In this document: positions 46,200-56,295 of the stretch, one piece after another
Numbering within the stretch: the first letter of the stretch is position 1
Layout of the letters: every line of letters starts with the position of its first letter
Source of the DNA: an uncultured Bacteroidales bacterium
GTDB taxonomy: Bacteria > Bacteroidota > Bacteroidia > Bacteroidales > DTU049
NCBI GenBank assembly: GCA_964428185.1
Contig: CAYRXH010000001.1
Coordinates: 13,219-77,218, forward strand
Length of the DNA: 64,000 bases
Direction of reading: 5' to 3'
The notes under the pieces: generated by a model
Told to the model about the DNA's origin: nothing
Seen by the model: only the letters and a program-made list of their open reading frames with translations
Database searches by the model: none
Program-made: the position numbers and the translations under genes

Positions 46200-49100
46200 A
46201 TGGACTCAAAAACCTTTGAAGTATACAGAACTTCAGCTGGTGCAGGCAAGACATTTGCAATCGTGAAGGAGTACATACTACTCTGTCTGCAAAAACGATC
46301 CCGTTTCGACCAGATTGTTGCACTGACATTCACCAACAAAGCCGCCAACGAAATGAAAGACAGGTTGCTCGAGTACCTGTTTTTTATCGCGCATCATCCT
46401 GATGCCAGGGAGGATGTGCGTGAAATGATTCTCCAGATTTCTGAAGAAACAGGAATGGATGCTTCTGCAATTTCTGCTTCTTCCCAACAGCTTTTGTCTG
46501 ACATCCTTCATCAGTATGCACGTTTTGCAATTTCCACCATTGACAGTTTTATTCATGATATTCTCAGGGTGTTCAGCAATGATCTAAGGTTGCCTAATAA
46601 CTTCAGGGTTGAAACCGATGTGTCGGCCGTGGCTGATGCTATTGTTGATGAACTGGTACATGAACTTGAGTTCTCAGATCAAGATCCTGAATTGTCTTTG
46701 CTTACAGCGTATATAGTTGAACTCAGTCTGCAGAATTTTGAAGAGAAAGATTCATGGGACATCACCCGTGAACTCAAAAAATATTCAAAGTTGCTGTTTA
46801 GTGAAGACTCAATAGAGGTTGTTGAAAACTTATCCAGATGTTCATTGACTGAAATCACTGAGATAGCAAGGCGCCTCACTAAGCTCGAGGATGATGTGTA
46901 TTCACGGATTCGTGTGTTCGCTTCTGAAGCCATGAATGTGATATCTGAAGCTTCATTGAGCACTGATGATTTTTTCAGAAAGAGAGATGGGATTGGTGTA
47001 TTTTTCAAGCGATTGTCAGATGCAAGCAGAGGAACCAGAATGAATTATAACAGCTATATACTTCAAACTGTGGAACAGGATAAATGGGAGTCCGGTAAGA
47101 AAAACAAAGTAAGCACAGCAGTCAGAAACAAGCTTCGGGAATTGTTTTTCAGGATCACTCAGGATCCGATGTATCACTATCTGGAAATGATTTCCCATAT
47201 AAAAACCCGGACAGTCCTTATGGCATTACTGGGCAAGCTCAGACGTGTGTTTGATCAGTACCAGAAGCAAAATCAGGTACTTGTCATTTCTGAATTCATT
47301 CGGCTAATAGCTGCAGTGGTCAGACAGGAATCGACGCCTTTTATTTACGAAAGACTGGGTCAGAGATTCAGACACTTTCTCATTGATGAATTTCAGGACA
47401 CCAGTGTTATGCAGTGGCAGAATTTCCTTCCGCTTATTGAAAATGCACTGTCCCAGAGAAACAAGGTTCTGGTTGTTGGTGATGTGAAACAATCAATCTA
47501 CAGGTTCAGAAACGGAGAGATGGAGCAGATGATGAAGCTCCCTCTCATCTATAATAAACCTGAGATGGTTGATCATTTTAATGACACCGAACGCGCTATG
47601 ATCGATCAGTTCTGTGATCGCACAAAGATGCCTGATTTCAGAAATACAAATTTCAGATCAGGCGAATTTATTGTACGTTTTAATAATTCTCATTTTTTCT
47701 GGATCAGGGATTATTATAAACTGAGTGGCAGAAATCAGTATGTCACAGAGGCATATAACGATTTGGATCAGGCATTTTCCGAACAAGCTGCTGAATCAGG
47801 TATGGTGTGTTTATACCCTGTGCCTGATCAGGAATATAGGGAACAAGCCCTGAAGAAGATTCTTCAGATTATTTCCTCTCATTCTAGGAAAAGTGATATT
47901 GCTATTCTGGTTCGTGGGAATAAAACCGCCCGTGAAATTGCTTCTTTTCTCATGCATCAGCAACCTCCAGTGAGTGTAATTAGCTCAGAATCATTAACAC
48001 TTGGCTTTTCTCCTCATGTTTGTTTCATTGTGGATATGTTGCGTTTTATCAGCGATACTTCGGATCAGAATGCCATGATTGCAGCCTGGACTTATCTATT
48101 CAATTTTTCTGAAAGCATAAAAAACAAGTTCCATTCTTATTCCGAATGGCTAAACGAAGTATTTCTGTCTGCACCCGATTCCCAACGCCCTGATTGTTTT
48201 ATATCACTTCTCAGAGATGCAGGAATTCATCTTGACATCCAGCATTTGAGCAGAAAACCGGTTGATGAACTGATTGCAGCAATCATAAAACTTGTATTTC
48301 CTAATGGTGATGCTGATACATATCTATTGTTTTTTCAGAATAAATGTATTGATTTTCTGAAATCAAGTAATGGAAGTCTCAGATCGCTCATTGAATGGTG
48401 GGATGATAAAGGGAATTCAGAATGTATTATAGTTCCTGAAGGTGCCGATGCTGTCAGAATTCTGTCTGTGCATAAGTCCAAGGGGCTGCAGTTTCCTGTT
48501 GTGATTTATCCTTTTGCTGATTTCAAACTCAAGGATAACAACAAGTCAGTTTGGTTGCCAGTTCACTTATTTCCTGATGAAATAAGGGATGCCATACAAA
48601 ACCCAAATATCAGAAAAATACAGATCAAACTTTCTATGTGTCAATTGCTTCCGGACAGTGAGCTGAAACAGATTCTTGAAAATGAGATATGGAAACAGGA
48701 ACTGGATTCTCTGAATATTCATTATGTTGCTATGACCCGGGCAAAGAATGAACTACATATCTTATACAAAGATATTGAAGATAAATCTGTTCCCAAAGAT
48801 AATTATTCACATATCAATGAGTTTCTTGACGGGTTTGTAAGATATTCAGAATCCATAATGTTTGATGAGGTTAAAGATGAGTCAGGAAATATTGTATATA
48901 AGTTCGGGAAGAAATCTTCTTATGAAAAAACACAAAAAGCCATTTCTGAAGATCTTGTGCTCGGGAAGTTGATTTCACGAGACAGAAGTTCAATTCCTAC
49001 ACGAGGCGGGACAGGTGAAAAAGTCAAAGAGAAGCTCACAGGTGATTTGTTTCATTTACTCATGTCTAAGTTTGATTTTAATGTTGATCCCTATATTCAG

Positions 49101-49454
49101 TTCAGACAATTTTGTGTCATTAATAATATTGAATCCGATCAGGAATATGTTCTTAGGAATATGCTGAACAGCATTTTGTCGCATCCGCAGATCAGCAATT
49201 TATTTCAGTCATCCGGAACATATCTGAACGAGGTTGCAATTATTGATAATCATCACACCTTCAGACCTGACAAGATTATTTTTACACAGGATACAACATG
49301 GGTAATAGATTTTAAAACAGGCTTGAAGCATTCATTTCACCGTGATCAGATTTTGCAATATAAACATCTGTTGCATCAGATGAATTATCCTGCAGTTAAG
49401 GCTTTGCTGGTTTATATAAAACAAAATGATGTGGACGTTGAAGAGATCAGTTGA
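46200..49454 (+). CDS. UvrD/AddA-like superfamily 1 helicase with a C-terminal PD-(D/E)XK nuclease domain
   Basis: Walker A SAGAGKTF, motif II LIDEFQDTS, motif III VGDVKQSIYRFRNG, LSVHKSKGLQFPVV, YVAMTRAKNEL, and a C-terminal FRPDKIIF...VIDFKTG nuclease motif. Confidence 0.8.
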   Translation: MDSKTFEVYRTSAGAGKTFAIVKEYILLCLQKRSRFDQIVALTFTNKAANEMKDRLLEYLFFIAHHPDAREDVREMILQISEETGMDASAISASSQQLLSDILHQYARFAISTIDSFIHDILRVFSNDLRLPNNFRVETDVSAVADAIVDELVHELEFSDQDPELSLLTAYIVELSLQNFEEKDSWDITRELKKYSKLLFSEDSIEVVENLSRCSLTEITEIARRLTKLEDDVYSRIRVFASEAMNVISEASLSTDDFFRKRDGIGVFFKRLSDASRGTRMNYNSYILQTVEQDKWESGKKNKVSTAVRNKLRELFFRITQDPMYHYLEMISHIKTRTVLMALLGKLRRVFDQYQKQNQVLVISEFIRLIAAVVRQESTPFIYERLGQRFRHFLIDEFQDTSVMQWQNFLPLIENALSQRNKVLVVGDVKQSIYRFRNGEMEQMMKLPLIYNKPEMVDHFNDTERAMIDQFCDRTKMPDFRNTNFRSGEFIVRFNNSHFFWIRDYYKLSGRNQYVTEAYNDLDQAFSEQAAESGMVCLYPVPDQEYREQALKKILQIISSHSRKSDIAILVRGNKTAREIASFLMHQQPPVSVISSESLTLGFSPHVCFIVDMLRFISDTSDQNAMIAAWTYLFNFSESIKNKFHSYSEWLNEVFLSAPDSQRPDCFISLLRDAGIHLDIQHLSRKPVDELIAAIIKLVFPNGDADTYLLFFQNKCIDFLKSSNGSLRSLIEWWDDKGNSECIIVPEGADAVRILSVHKSKGLQFPVVIYPFADFKLKDNNKSVWLPVHLFPDEIRDAIQNPNIRKIQIKLSMCQLLPDSELKQILENEIWKQELDSLNIHYVAMTRAKNELHILYKDIEDKSVPKDNYSHINEFLDGFVRYSESIMFDEVKDESGNIVYKFGKKSSYEKTQKAISEDLVLGKLISRDRSSIPTRGGTGEKVKEKLTGDLFHLLMSKFDFNVDPYIQFRQFCVINNIESDQEYVLRNMLNSILSHPQISNLFQSSGTYLNEVAIIDNHHTFRPDKIIFTQDTTWVIDFKTGLKHSFHRDQILQYKHLLHQMNYPAVKALLVYIKQNDVDVEEIS

Positions 49455-49889
49455 TTATATCTGTTCCAAACTGACTTCATCCGTTAGTTCGTTTCTGTCA
49501 TTAGGGTTGAACGGGAAAACTTCACCAAGTCTTTTACCAAGAAAATCAATAGTATCCATGATGCCGCATGCAATTTTCTGTTCACGGAGTCCATCCAGCA
49601 GTATTTGACCAGCATGCTCACGAATTTCGGGTTTAAGTTGCTCTGCAATACCCTTGTCGTAAATGATGCTGTATTTTAAGGATGCAAAAGCCACGTATAT
49701 AAGAACTGCATTTCTGAGTTTTGTTTTCTTAAGGTTCAGTTTGTTAAAAACATACTGAGCGCGGTCGTTTGGATCTCCAGGACAATGTTTTTCAATATGC
49801 ACCTTAAACTCAGCTGTTGTGTCCAGCTCTGCAAGCTTGATACTTTGTTCAATGACATCCAGGACACTGAAAATTTCATTCACTTCCAT
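49455..49889 (-). CDS. TPM-domain protein
   Basis: 144 aa with a TPM-like pattern (TTAEFKVHIEK...NAVLIYVAFASLKYSIIYDKGI). The adjacent LemA gene is the typical partner. Confidence 0.55.
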   Translation of the reverse strand: MEVNEIFSVLDVIEQSIKLAELDTTAEFKVHIEKHCPGDPNDRAQYVFNKLNLKKTKLRNAVLIYVAFASLKYSIIYDKGIAEQLKPEIREHAGQILLDGLREQKIACGIMDTIDFLGKRLGEVFPFNPNDRNELTDEVSLEQI

Positions 49890-49971
49890 GTTCAGAAAAA
49901 AAATAACAGAAATGTAAAAACCCCTGAACGCAAAAATTATTGTTCAGAAACAGTTTTGCGAATAAAAATAA

Positions 49972-50592
49972 TTAGTCAAAACTGACAACGGGAGCTTTGT
50001 CAGCTCCTTCTTCGGCTTTAAAATATGGTTTTTTCTCAAAACCGAAGATCATTGCTATTATATTGCCAGGGAATTTTCTGATAATAGTGTTGTAATCTCT
50101 TGCAATTTCATTGAACCTCTGCCGTTCAACAGTAATTCTGTTTTCAGTGCCTTCAAGCTGAGACTGCAGTTCCAGAAAACTCTTGTCTGCTTTCAGCTCG
50201 GGATAGGCTTCAACAATAACCATTAATCTGCTGAGCAATGAGCTGAGTTCTCCTTGTGATTGCTGAAACTGTTGCATGCTTTCTTCGTTCAGATCATCAA
50301 TGTTGATATTGGTTTGCATGGCTTCAGATCTGGCCTGAATCACAGCTTCAAAGGTTTCTTTTTCATGAGCTGCATAACCCTTGACCACATTGACAAGATT
50401 GGGAATAAGATCGTATCGGCGCTGATAGACATTTTCTACCTGTCCCCAGGCTCCTTTAACCAGTTCTTCATGTTTTACCATTTTGTTATATACTCCCATT
50501 GCCCACAGGACAAGAGCAATGAGGAATACTCCGACACCGGCACAACCGATAAGTTTTAAAGGATTTTTTGATGGGTTTGCGATCATTGACAT
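49972..50592 (-). CDS. lemA: LemA-family membrane protein
   Basis: N-terminal TM followed by YNKMVKHEELVKGAWGQVENVYQRRYDLIPNLV. The start was moved to the ATG at 50592 (MSMIANPS), and the upstream 71 codons of the tracked ORF were rejected. Confidence 0.8.
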   Translation of the reverse strand: MSMIANPSKNPLKLIGCAGVGVFLIALVLWAMGVYNKMVKHEELVKGAWGQVENVYQRRYDLIPNLVNVVKGYAAHEKETFEAVIQARSEAMQTNINIDDLNEESMQQFQQSQGELSSLLSRLMVIVEAYPELKADKSFLELQSQLEGTENRITVERQRFNEIARDYNTIIRKFPGNIIAMIFGFEKKPYFKAEEGADKAPVVSFD

Positions 50593-50836
50593 TTTGTTAT
50601 TGTTCTGTGCAAAAATAATGAATAAAACTTCAGAATTGAAAAAAAAGTGAGAATGTAACAAAAGTGAATGAAATATTGGAAAAAATTCTTTCAATTCACC
50701 TATATAAATAGTAATTTCAAATTTTAATGAAAAGGATGGAACGGTAAGATGCATATTTGGGAGTAGTGAATTTTCTAAGAAGTTTTGGTGTGAATAACTA
50801 TTCAAAAACTTCTGGCAGCAGGAAGAAAGTTTTTTC

Positions 50837-50844
50837 TAAATTTG
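50837..50844 (+). promoter_or_regulatory. candidate -7 promoter box (TAAATTTG) for purC
   Basis: TAnnTTTG match 20 nt upstream of the GTG start at 50864. Confidence 0.4.
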
Positions 50845-50863
50845 CCAAAAAATCAATTAAATT

Positions 50864-51823
50864 GTGAAAGCACTTGTAAGGACAGGTTTTCATTTTCATG
50901 GGCAGACATCAGTGTACTTTGGTAAAGTGAGAGATGTATATATTATTGATAACCAATTGCTTGTTATGATAGTAACAGACAGAATTTCAGCGTTTGACGT
51001 TGTACTGCCCAAGGGAATCCCCTACAAGGGACAGATATTGAATCAGATTGCTGAACGTTTTCTGGATGCAACTGTTGACATTCTTCCCAACTGGAAAATC
51101 GCCGTACCCGATTCAATGGTTATGATTGGTCATTATTGTGAACCATACAAAGTTGAGATGGTGATCAGAGCATATCTGACTGGGCATGCCTGGCGTGAGT
51201 ACAAATCCGGAAAAAGATCACTCTGTGGTGTTCCTCTTCCTGAGGGAATGAACGAAAATGACAGATTCCCTGAACCGATCATTACGCCAACAACCAAAGC
51301 AGCGGTAGGACATGACGAGGATATATCAAGAGAAGACATTATTAGACTCGGGCTTGTGAGTGCTGATGAATATGCTCAACTTGAAGATTATACAAGAAAA
51401 CTTTTTGCCAGAGGAACACAAATGGCCGAAAAGCAGGGGCTTATTCTTGTGGATACCAAATACGAATTTGGGAAGAAGGATGGACAGATCATGTTGATTG
51501 ATGAAGTTCATACTCCTGATTCATCCAGGTATTTCTATCTTCAGGGATATGAAGACAGACAAAAAAAAGGAGAGCAGCAAAAGCAGCTTTCAAAGGAGTT
51601 TGTTCGTGAATGGCTCATGGAAAATGGTTTTCAGGGAAAAGAGGGACAGCAGATTCCGGAGATGACCCCTGAAGTGGTGGGTTCAATTACCAAAAGGTAT
51701 TTAGAACTTTATGAAAAGATTACCGGAGAGAAAATTCAGCCGGTTTCAACAGAAACTGAAAATGTTTTAATGAGAATAGAAGGAAACATTGTAAAATTTC
51801 TTGAAATATATAATAAACGCTAA
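50864..51823 (+). CDS. purC: phosphoribosylaminoimidazole-succinocarboxamide (SAICAR) synthase
   Basis: 319 aa with [27 protein letters not shown] and [11 protein letters not shown] motifs. Confidence 0.85.
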   Translation: MKALVRTGFHFHGQTSVYFGKVRDVYIIDNQLLVMIVTDRISAFDVVLPKGIPYKGQILNQIAERFLDATVDILPNWKIAVPDSMVMIGHYCEPYKVEMVIRAYLTGHAWREYKSGKRSLCGVPLPEGMNENDRFPEPIITPTTKAAVGHDEDISREDIIRLGLVSADEYAQLEDYTRKLFARGTQMAEKQGLILVDTKYEFGKKDGQIMLIDEVHTPDSSRYFYLQGYEDRQKKGEQQKQLSKEFVREWLMENGFQGKEGQQIPEMTPEVVGSITKRYLELYEKITGEKIQPVSTETENVLMRIEGNIVKFLEIYNKR

Positions 51824-51839
51824 AGAAAAAGGAGTAGTT

Positions 51840-53150
51840 ATGGCATCTTGTATAGGAATCAGACATGAGGATAAATATGTTATGGAGAGGCGAGTTCCCA
51901 TTGTACCAAATCACATGAAAAAGCTTATTGAAGAACATGATTTGTCATTTTGTGTACATTCATCACCCAAGAGAATATTTACAGATGAAGAATACAGAGC
52001 AGTTGGAGCCAACATTTGTGATAATCTGAATCATTGCTCCATTATTTTCGGAGTGAAGGAAATTCCTGAAATTTTTTTCGAAGAAGGGAAAACTTACATT
52101 TTTTTCTCGCATGTAATTAAGGGACAGCCATATAATATGCCTATGTTAAAGAAAATGATGGCTCTGAAGTGCAATTTGATAGACTATGAAAAAGTGGAAG
52201 ATGAAATGAACAGGCGGCTGATATTTTTTGGACGTTTTGCAGGACTGGCAGGTATGATCAACACACTATGGTCATTTGGTCAGAGATACAAAGAGCTTGG
52301 AATTCGAACACCTTTTGAAGGAATAAGACAATCACATACATACAATTCATTGGAGGAAGCAAGAAAAGACATCTCCGAAGCAGGGATGAAAATTGTTAAA
52401 AATGGGCTTCCTGAAGAGATTTCCCCCTTTATTGTAGCAGTGACAGGCTACGGGAATGTGTCTAATGGAGCACAGGAAATATTTAATCTTTTGCCTGTGA
52501 AGGAAATTTCACCCGAGCAGATTCCATTCATTGCACAGCAGAAAGACCTGCCCCGAAACCTATTATTCAGAGCTGTGTTCAAGGAGAAGGATCTGTCAGT
52601 ACGCAAGGATGGTTCTGAATTTGATTTGGAGCATTATTATACACATCCTGAAATGTACAAGGATCGTTTTTCTCAGTATATTCCACATCTTAATGGAATT
52701 GTGAACGGCATGTACTGGGATAAACGCTATCCACGGATTGTTACCAAAGAGTATTTGAAAAAACATTTTGCTGAGGGTACTCCACGCTTATCAGTTATTG
52801 GTGATATTACATGCGACCCTGACGGGTCAATTCAAATAACTCACAAAGGGACTGAAATAGAAAATCCGGTTTTTGTGTATCATCCTGATAGTGAGAAGTA
52901 TTCAATGGGGTTCGCAGGAAAAGGGGTTCTCGTTATGCCTGTTGATATTCTCCCAAGTGAATTGCCACGTGAATCTTCTGAAGCGTTTTCTGCTGCTTTG
53001 AGGGGGTTTATTCCTGCAATTGCAAATGCCGACTTCAATGTTTCATTTGAGACACTTGATTTGCCCGCTCCAATAAAAAAAGCTACAATTCTTCATAAAG
53101 GAAAACTTACCCCGAAATATTCTTACATTCAACAATATTTAAACCATTAA
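51840..53150 (+). CDS. lysine-ketoglutarate reductase-like (AlaDH/PNT-fold) saccharopine dehydrogenase
   Basis: Starts IGIRHEDKYVMERRVPIVP and has GYGNVSNGAQ (a Rossmann-like loop). Resembles the LKR half of bifunctional LKR/SDH enzymes. The start was moved to 51840 to avoid overlapping purC. Confidence 0.55.
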   Translation: MASCIGIRHEDKYVMERRVPIVPNHMKKLIEEHDLSFCVHSSPKRIFTDEEYRAVGANICDNLNHCSIIFGVKEIPEIFFEEGKTYIFFSHVIKGQPYNMPMLKKMMALKCNLIDYEKVEDEMNRRLIFFGRFAGLAGMINTLWSFGQRYKELGIRTPFEGIRQSHTYNSLEEARKDISEAGMKIVKNGLPEEISPFIVAVTGYGNVSNGAQEIFNLLPVKEISPEQIPFIAQQKDLPRNLLFRAVFKEKDLSVRKDGSEFDLEHYYTHPEMYKDRFSQYIPHLNGIVNGMYWDKRYPRIVTKEYLKKHFAEGTPRLSVIGDITCDPDGSIQITHKGTEIENPVFVYHPDSEKYSMGFAGKGVLVMPVDILPSELPRESSEAFSAALRGFIPAIANADFNVSFETLDLPAPIKKATILHKGKLTPKYSYIQQYLNH

Positions 53151-53162
53151 CATTTAATTCTT

Positions 53163-54500
53163 ATGAAAAAAAAGATTCTCGTTCTAGGAGCCGGTATGTC
53201 GGCCTCAAGTCTGATAAAGTATTTACTTGATCGGAGCTCCGAACTTAATTGGGAAGTTATTGTTACTGCTCGTAGTACCGAAAAAGCTCTAAGCAAACTA
53301 GATGGTAATCCAAATGGAACACCTAAGGCGTTTGATATCAATAATATTGATTCATTGCCCACTCTTGTTGCTGATAGTGACGTTGTTATTTCACTTCTTC
53401 CTGCCAAGTTTCATCCGGTTGTAGCCAAAGAGTGCCTCAAACAAAGCAAACATCTTTTTACAACCTCTTATGTTTCTCCCGAAATGAAAGCTTTTGATGC
53501 GGAAGCCAAATCAAAAGGTCTTTTGTTTTTAAACGAATGTGGAGTAGATCCTGGCATTGATCATATGTCAGCAATGAAGATTATTGATGAAATCAATCAC
53601 TCAGGCGGAAAACTAAAGAGTTTTGAGTCAAATACTGGTGGGCTTATTGCACCTGAATTTGATAACAATCCATGGAATTACAAATTTACATGGAATGCAC
53701 GCAATGTGATTCTTGCCGGACAGGCAGGTGCAAAATTCCTTCAGGATAAAAAATACAAGTATATTCCATATCAGCAACTGTTTAAGAGAACTTACACTGT
53801 TTCTGTTCTGGATTATGGCGAGTTTGATGTGTATGCAAATAGGGATTCACTATCATATCGTGAAGTATATGGACTCCAAAACATTGACACATTGTTCAGG
53901 GGAACCATGCGTCGTCCCGGATACTGTCAGGCTTATGATGTATTTATTCAACTAGGGATGACAGATGACACTTATGTGATGGAAAATTCAGATAAACTCA
54001 CATACAGAGACTTCATTGAAGCTTTTCTTCCATACAGGAAAGGAGTTTCAGTGGAGGATAATTTCTGCATGACAACCGGTGTTGAAAAGGGGTCAGAAAT
54101 GTACAATAAATTTGTATGGCTTGGTCTATTTGAAAATACTCAGATAAAACTTGCAAATGCAACTCCTGCTCAGGTGCTTCAGGAAATCATTGAGCCAAAA
54201 TGGGCATTGGGGCCTCAGGATCTGGATATGATTGTGATGCAGCACAGATTTGTTTATGAACTGAATGGTAAAACAATGGAACGCAAGTCTTCATTGGTTG
54301 TTATCGGAAAAGATCAAGTGCATACAGCCATGTCAATTACTGTAGGGACTCCTCTTGCCATTGCTGTGAAGCTATTCCTCACCGGTGAGATGAAAGCCTC
54401 AGGAGTTGTTATACCTGTCAGACCTGAAGTTTACAATCCTTTACTCAATGAACTTGAGAATTATGGGGTAAGGTTTGTGGAAGAGGAAAAGGAGCTGTAG
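53163..54500 (+). CDS. saccharopine dehydrogenase/reductase family protein
   Basis: KILVLGAGMSASSLIKYLL Rossmann N-terminus, CGVDPGIDHM, and a Sacchrp_dh C-terminal-like region. Confidence 0.7.
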   Translation: MKKKILVLGAGMSASSLIKYLLDRSSELNWEVIVTARSTEKALSKLDGNPNGTPKAFDINNIDSLPTLVADSDVVISLLPAKFHPVVAKECLKQSKHLFTTSYVSPEMKAFDAEAKSKGLLFLNECGVDPGIDHMSAMKIIDEINHSGGKLKSFESNTGGLIAPEFDNNPWNYKFTWNARNVILAGQAGAKFLQDKKYKYIPYQQLFKRTYTVSVLDYGEFDVYANRDSLSYREVYGLQNIDTLFRGTMRRPGYCQAYDVFIQLGMTDDTYVMENSDKLTYRDFIEAFLPYRKGVSVEDNFCMTTGVEKGSEMYNKFVWLGLFENTQIKLANATPAQVLQEIIEPKWALGPQDLDMIVMQHRFVYELNGKTMERKSSLVVIGKDQVHTAMSITVGTPLAIAVKLFLTGEMKASGVVIPVRPEVYNPLLNELENYGVRFVEEEKEL

Positions 54501-54523
54501 GATAAAATTGTTTCATTAAAAAA

Positions 54524-54555
54524 AGCAGATTTGAATGAAGAATCTGCTTTTTTTA
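54524..54555 (+). terminator. rho-independent terminator after the saccharopine dehydrogenase gene
   Basis: AGCAGATT...AATCTGCT stem followed by a T7 run. A second hairpin with a T-run for the convergent minus-strand gene lies at about 54561-54590. Confidence 0.6.
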
Positions 54556-54612
54556 TTCAAAAAAAAAAGCCGCAGGAAATCCCGCGGCCTGTTCTTAGGT
54601 TGAAAGGAGGGA

Positions 54613-55542
54613 TTACAATGAATCCATTATTGTTAAAATTTCGCTTTCGGTTGCTGTTGTCATTTCCAGAGCAATGTGAATCGGAGATCCTGTGGCATAA
54701 TTTTCTTTGAAATAATACATCTGATTTCCTGATTTTGCAATTGCAAAAACTGTAACAGGCTCACCATCAGGGATATTGAGGGCTTTCATATCGGAAACTT
54801 TCAGATGTGAATGCAGATTGTTAAAGATGATGTAGATATCTATCAGATTGGTGTTGGTTCCTTCTGCTTCAAATGTAATGGATGATTGTGCAGCTCCAGA
54901 GAATGGGTGAGCAATATTGACCCATCCTGTCTTGGCAGTTTTGGCTGTATAACCGTACAAACAGGTATTCAGTTCACTCACATCATCATTTGAGAAGAGA
55001 TATCCTGCCTGCAGCACATTGTTGTTCCAGTCGTCTGCAGTTCCTGTTGTAAATCCATAGTACATGTCCATTTGTGAATCAGGAGCAGAAGAAGGTGCCA
55101 TAAAGGGAAGTCCGCAGTGCTCTTTCAGCTCCAGTTCGTCAGAGTTTTTAAATGCCCTGAACCTCAGATTTCCAGATGAATACAACATATTGCCCTGTGC
55201 TTTCCCCTGATAGCGTGACAATATTTTGTTTTTGATGCTGTAGCATTCTGTCACTTTTAAAGTGTATGGATAAGTTATATCAGAATGATCGCTTTTCTTC
55301 ATGAAAATTTCTTTAGGAATGCCCCATATTTTTGTTCCTTCCATTGCTGTGATTGTATCTCCGTCAATAGAATCAATAACAAATTCCTGCTCCTCAGGTT
55401 CGTTCATGTCGTAAAAATCATCAAGACTTGAATATTCGGTGCTTTTATCCGGCTCATCATTCAATCTGTCTTTTGAACAGGAGCTGATTGTCAGCAGCAG
55501 GACTATTGCTGCCGGTATCATCATTTTCAGTTGTGTTTTCAT
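54613..55542 (-). CDS. hypothetical lipoprotein
   Basis: Signal peptide with lipobox (LLLTISSCSKD), 309 aa, no family recognised. Confidence 0.45.
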   Translation of the reverse strand: MKTQLKMMIPAAIVLLLTISSCSKDRLNDEPDKSTEYSSLDDFYDMNEPEEQEFVIDSIDGDTITAMEGTKIWGIPKEIFMKKSDHSDITYPYTLKVTECYSIKNKILSRYQGKAQGNMLYSSGNLRFRAFKNSDELELKEHCGLPFMAPSSAPDSQMDMYYGFTTGTADDWNNNVLQAGYLFSNDDVSELNTCLYGYTAKTAKTGWVNIAHPFSGAAQSSITFEAEGTNTNLIDIYIIFNNLHSHLKVSDMKALNIPDGEPVTVFAIAKSGNQMYYFKENYATGSPIHIALEMTTATESEILTIMDSL

Positions 55543-55582
55543 GGCTTTATGTTTTTTCTATGAGTAATTTGAATACAATAAG

Positions 55583-56149
55583 CTATTGATAAGCAGGACA
55601 TTTCTGATGCCTATTGCTTTTCGGACATTTTGAGAATGAAAGGAAAAGACCGGCGCCAATTGATCCTTCACGCCATCTGACATCATATCTGTATTCCAGA
55701 TATGGTTTCAGTCTGCAACTGATGTTGAAAACTATTCCGGCTCCGGCTTCGGGTGAGATGTTGTTTTTCTTAAGTATTGTAGCTCCCATTTCTTCATAGT
55801 TGATCCAGTTATTGTAATAAGCGCCAGCAAGAAGATAAGGCTGTATCCTGCGTCTGGTGTTCAGGTGCCAGTTCATATCAGCTCCTGCATAATATTCATG
55901 AATCTTATTTCCAGGAGCATAATAAGAAAACCTCGGTGTCAGAAATACATTTCTGTAAAGAGGCATTTTGAATCTTACTTCACCGGCGTTACTTTCAGTC
56001 TGAAAGTTATAAAATCCACCTGCCCCGATCAGAGGCTTTTGCTTTGGATTATACTGAGCCGATACAATGGATGATGTCAAGAGAAGTGCTACCATGAGAG
56101 ACAGTTGCCTGAGATGTGTAATTCGTGTTTTCATAGAGCGAATTTTCAA
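55583..56149 (-). CDS. small outer-membrane beta-barrel-like protein
   Basis: Signal peptide (ALLLTSSIVSAQ) and alternating aromatic/hydrophilic strands ending in a Gly/aromatic-rich C-terminal region. Tentative. Confidence 0.4.
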   Translation of the reverse strand: MKIRSMKTRITHLRQLSLMVALLLTSSIVSAQYNPKQKPLIGAGGFYNFQTESNAGEVRFKMPLYRNVFLTPRFSYYAPGNKIHEYYAGADMNWHLNTRRRIQPYLLAGAYYNNWINYEEMGATILKKNNISPEAGAGIVFNISCRLKPYLEYRYDVRWREGSIGAGLFLSFSKCPKSNRHQKCPAYQ

Positions 56150-56271
56150 TTGGTTCCCATTGTTAATACACTTCAGATTTATTTTACCCTAATGCAGATG
56201 CTTGTGAATTTTTTATTGAGCTTGTTTATAATTGATACTGGGAGCTTTTCATGTGTTCATAAAACATTTTT

Positions 56272-56279
56272 TATATTTG
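56272..56279 (+). promoter_or_regulatory. candidate -7 promoter box (TATATTTG) for the ABC-F gene
   Basis: TAnnTTTG match 17 nt upstream of the ATG at 56296. Confidence 0.4.
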
Positions 56280-56295
56280 CCGATTCATTCAGAAT

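Noticed and set aside
45843-46348. Minus-strand ORFs 45843-46100 and 46097-46348.
   Set aside because: They are antisense to the clearly coding 55-aa ferredoxin gene and to the start of the helicase gene. The Cys-rich translation is the mirror image of the ferredoxin codons.
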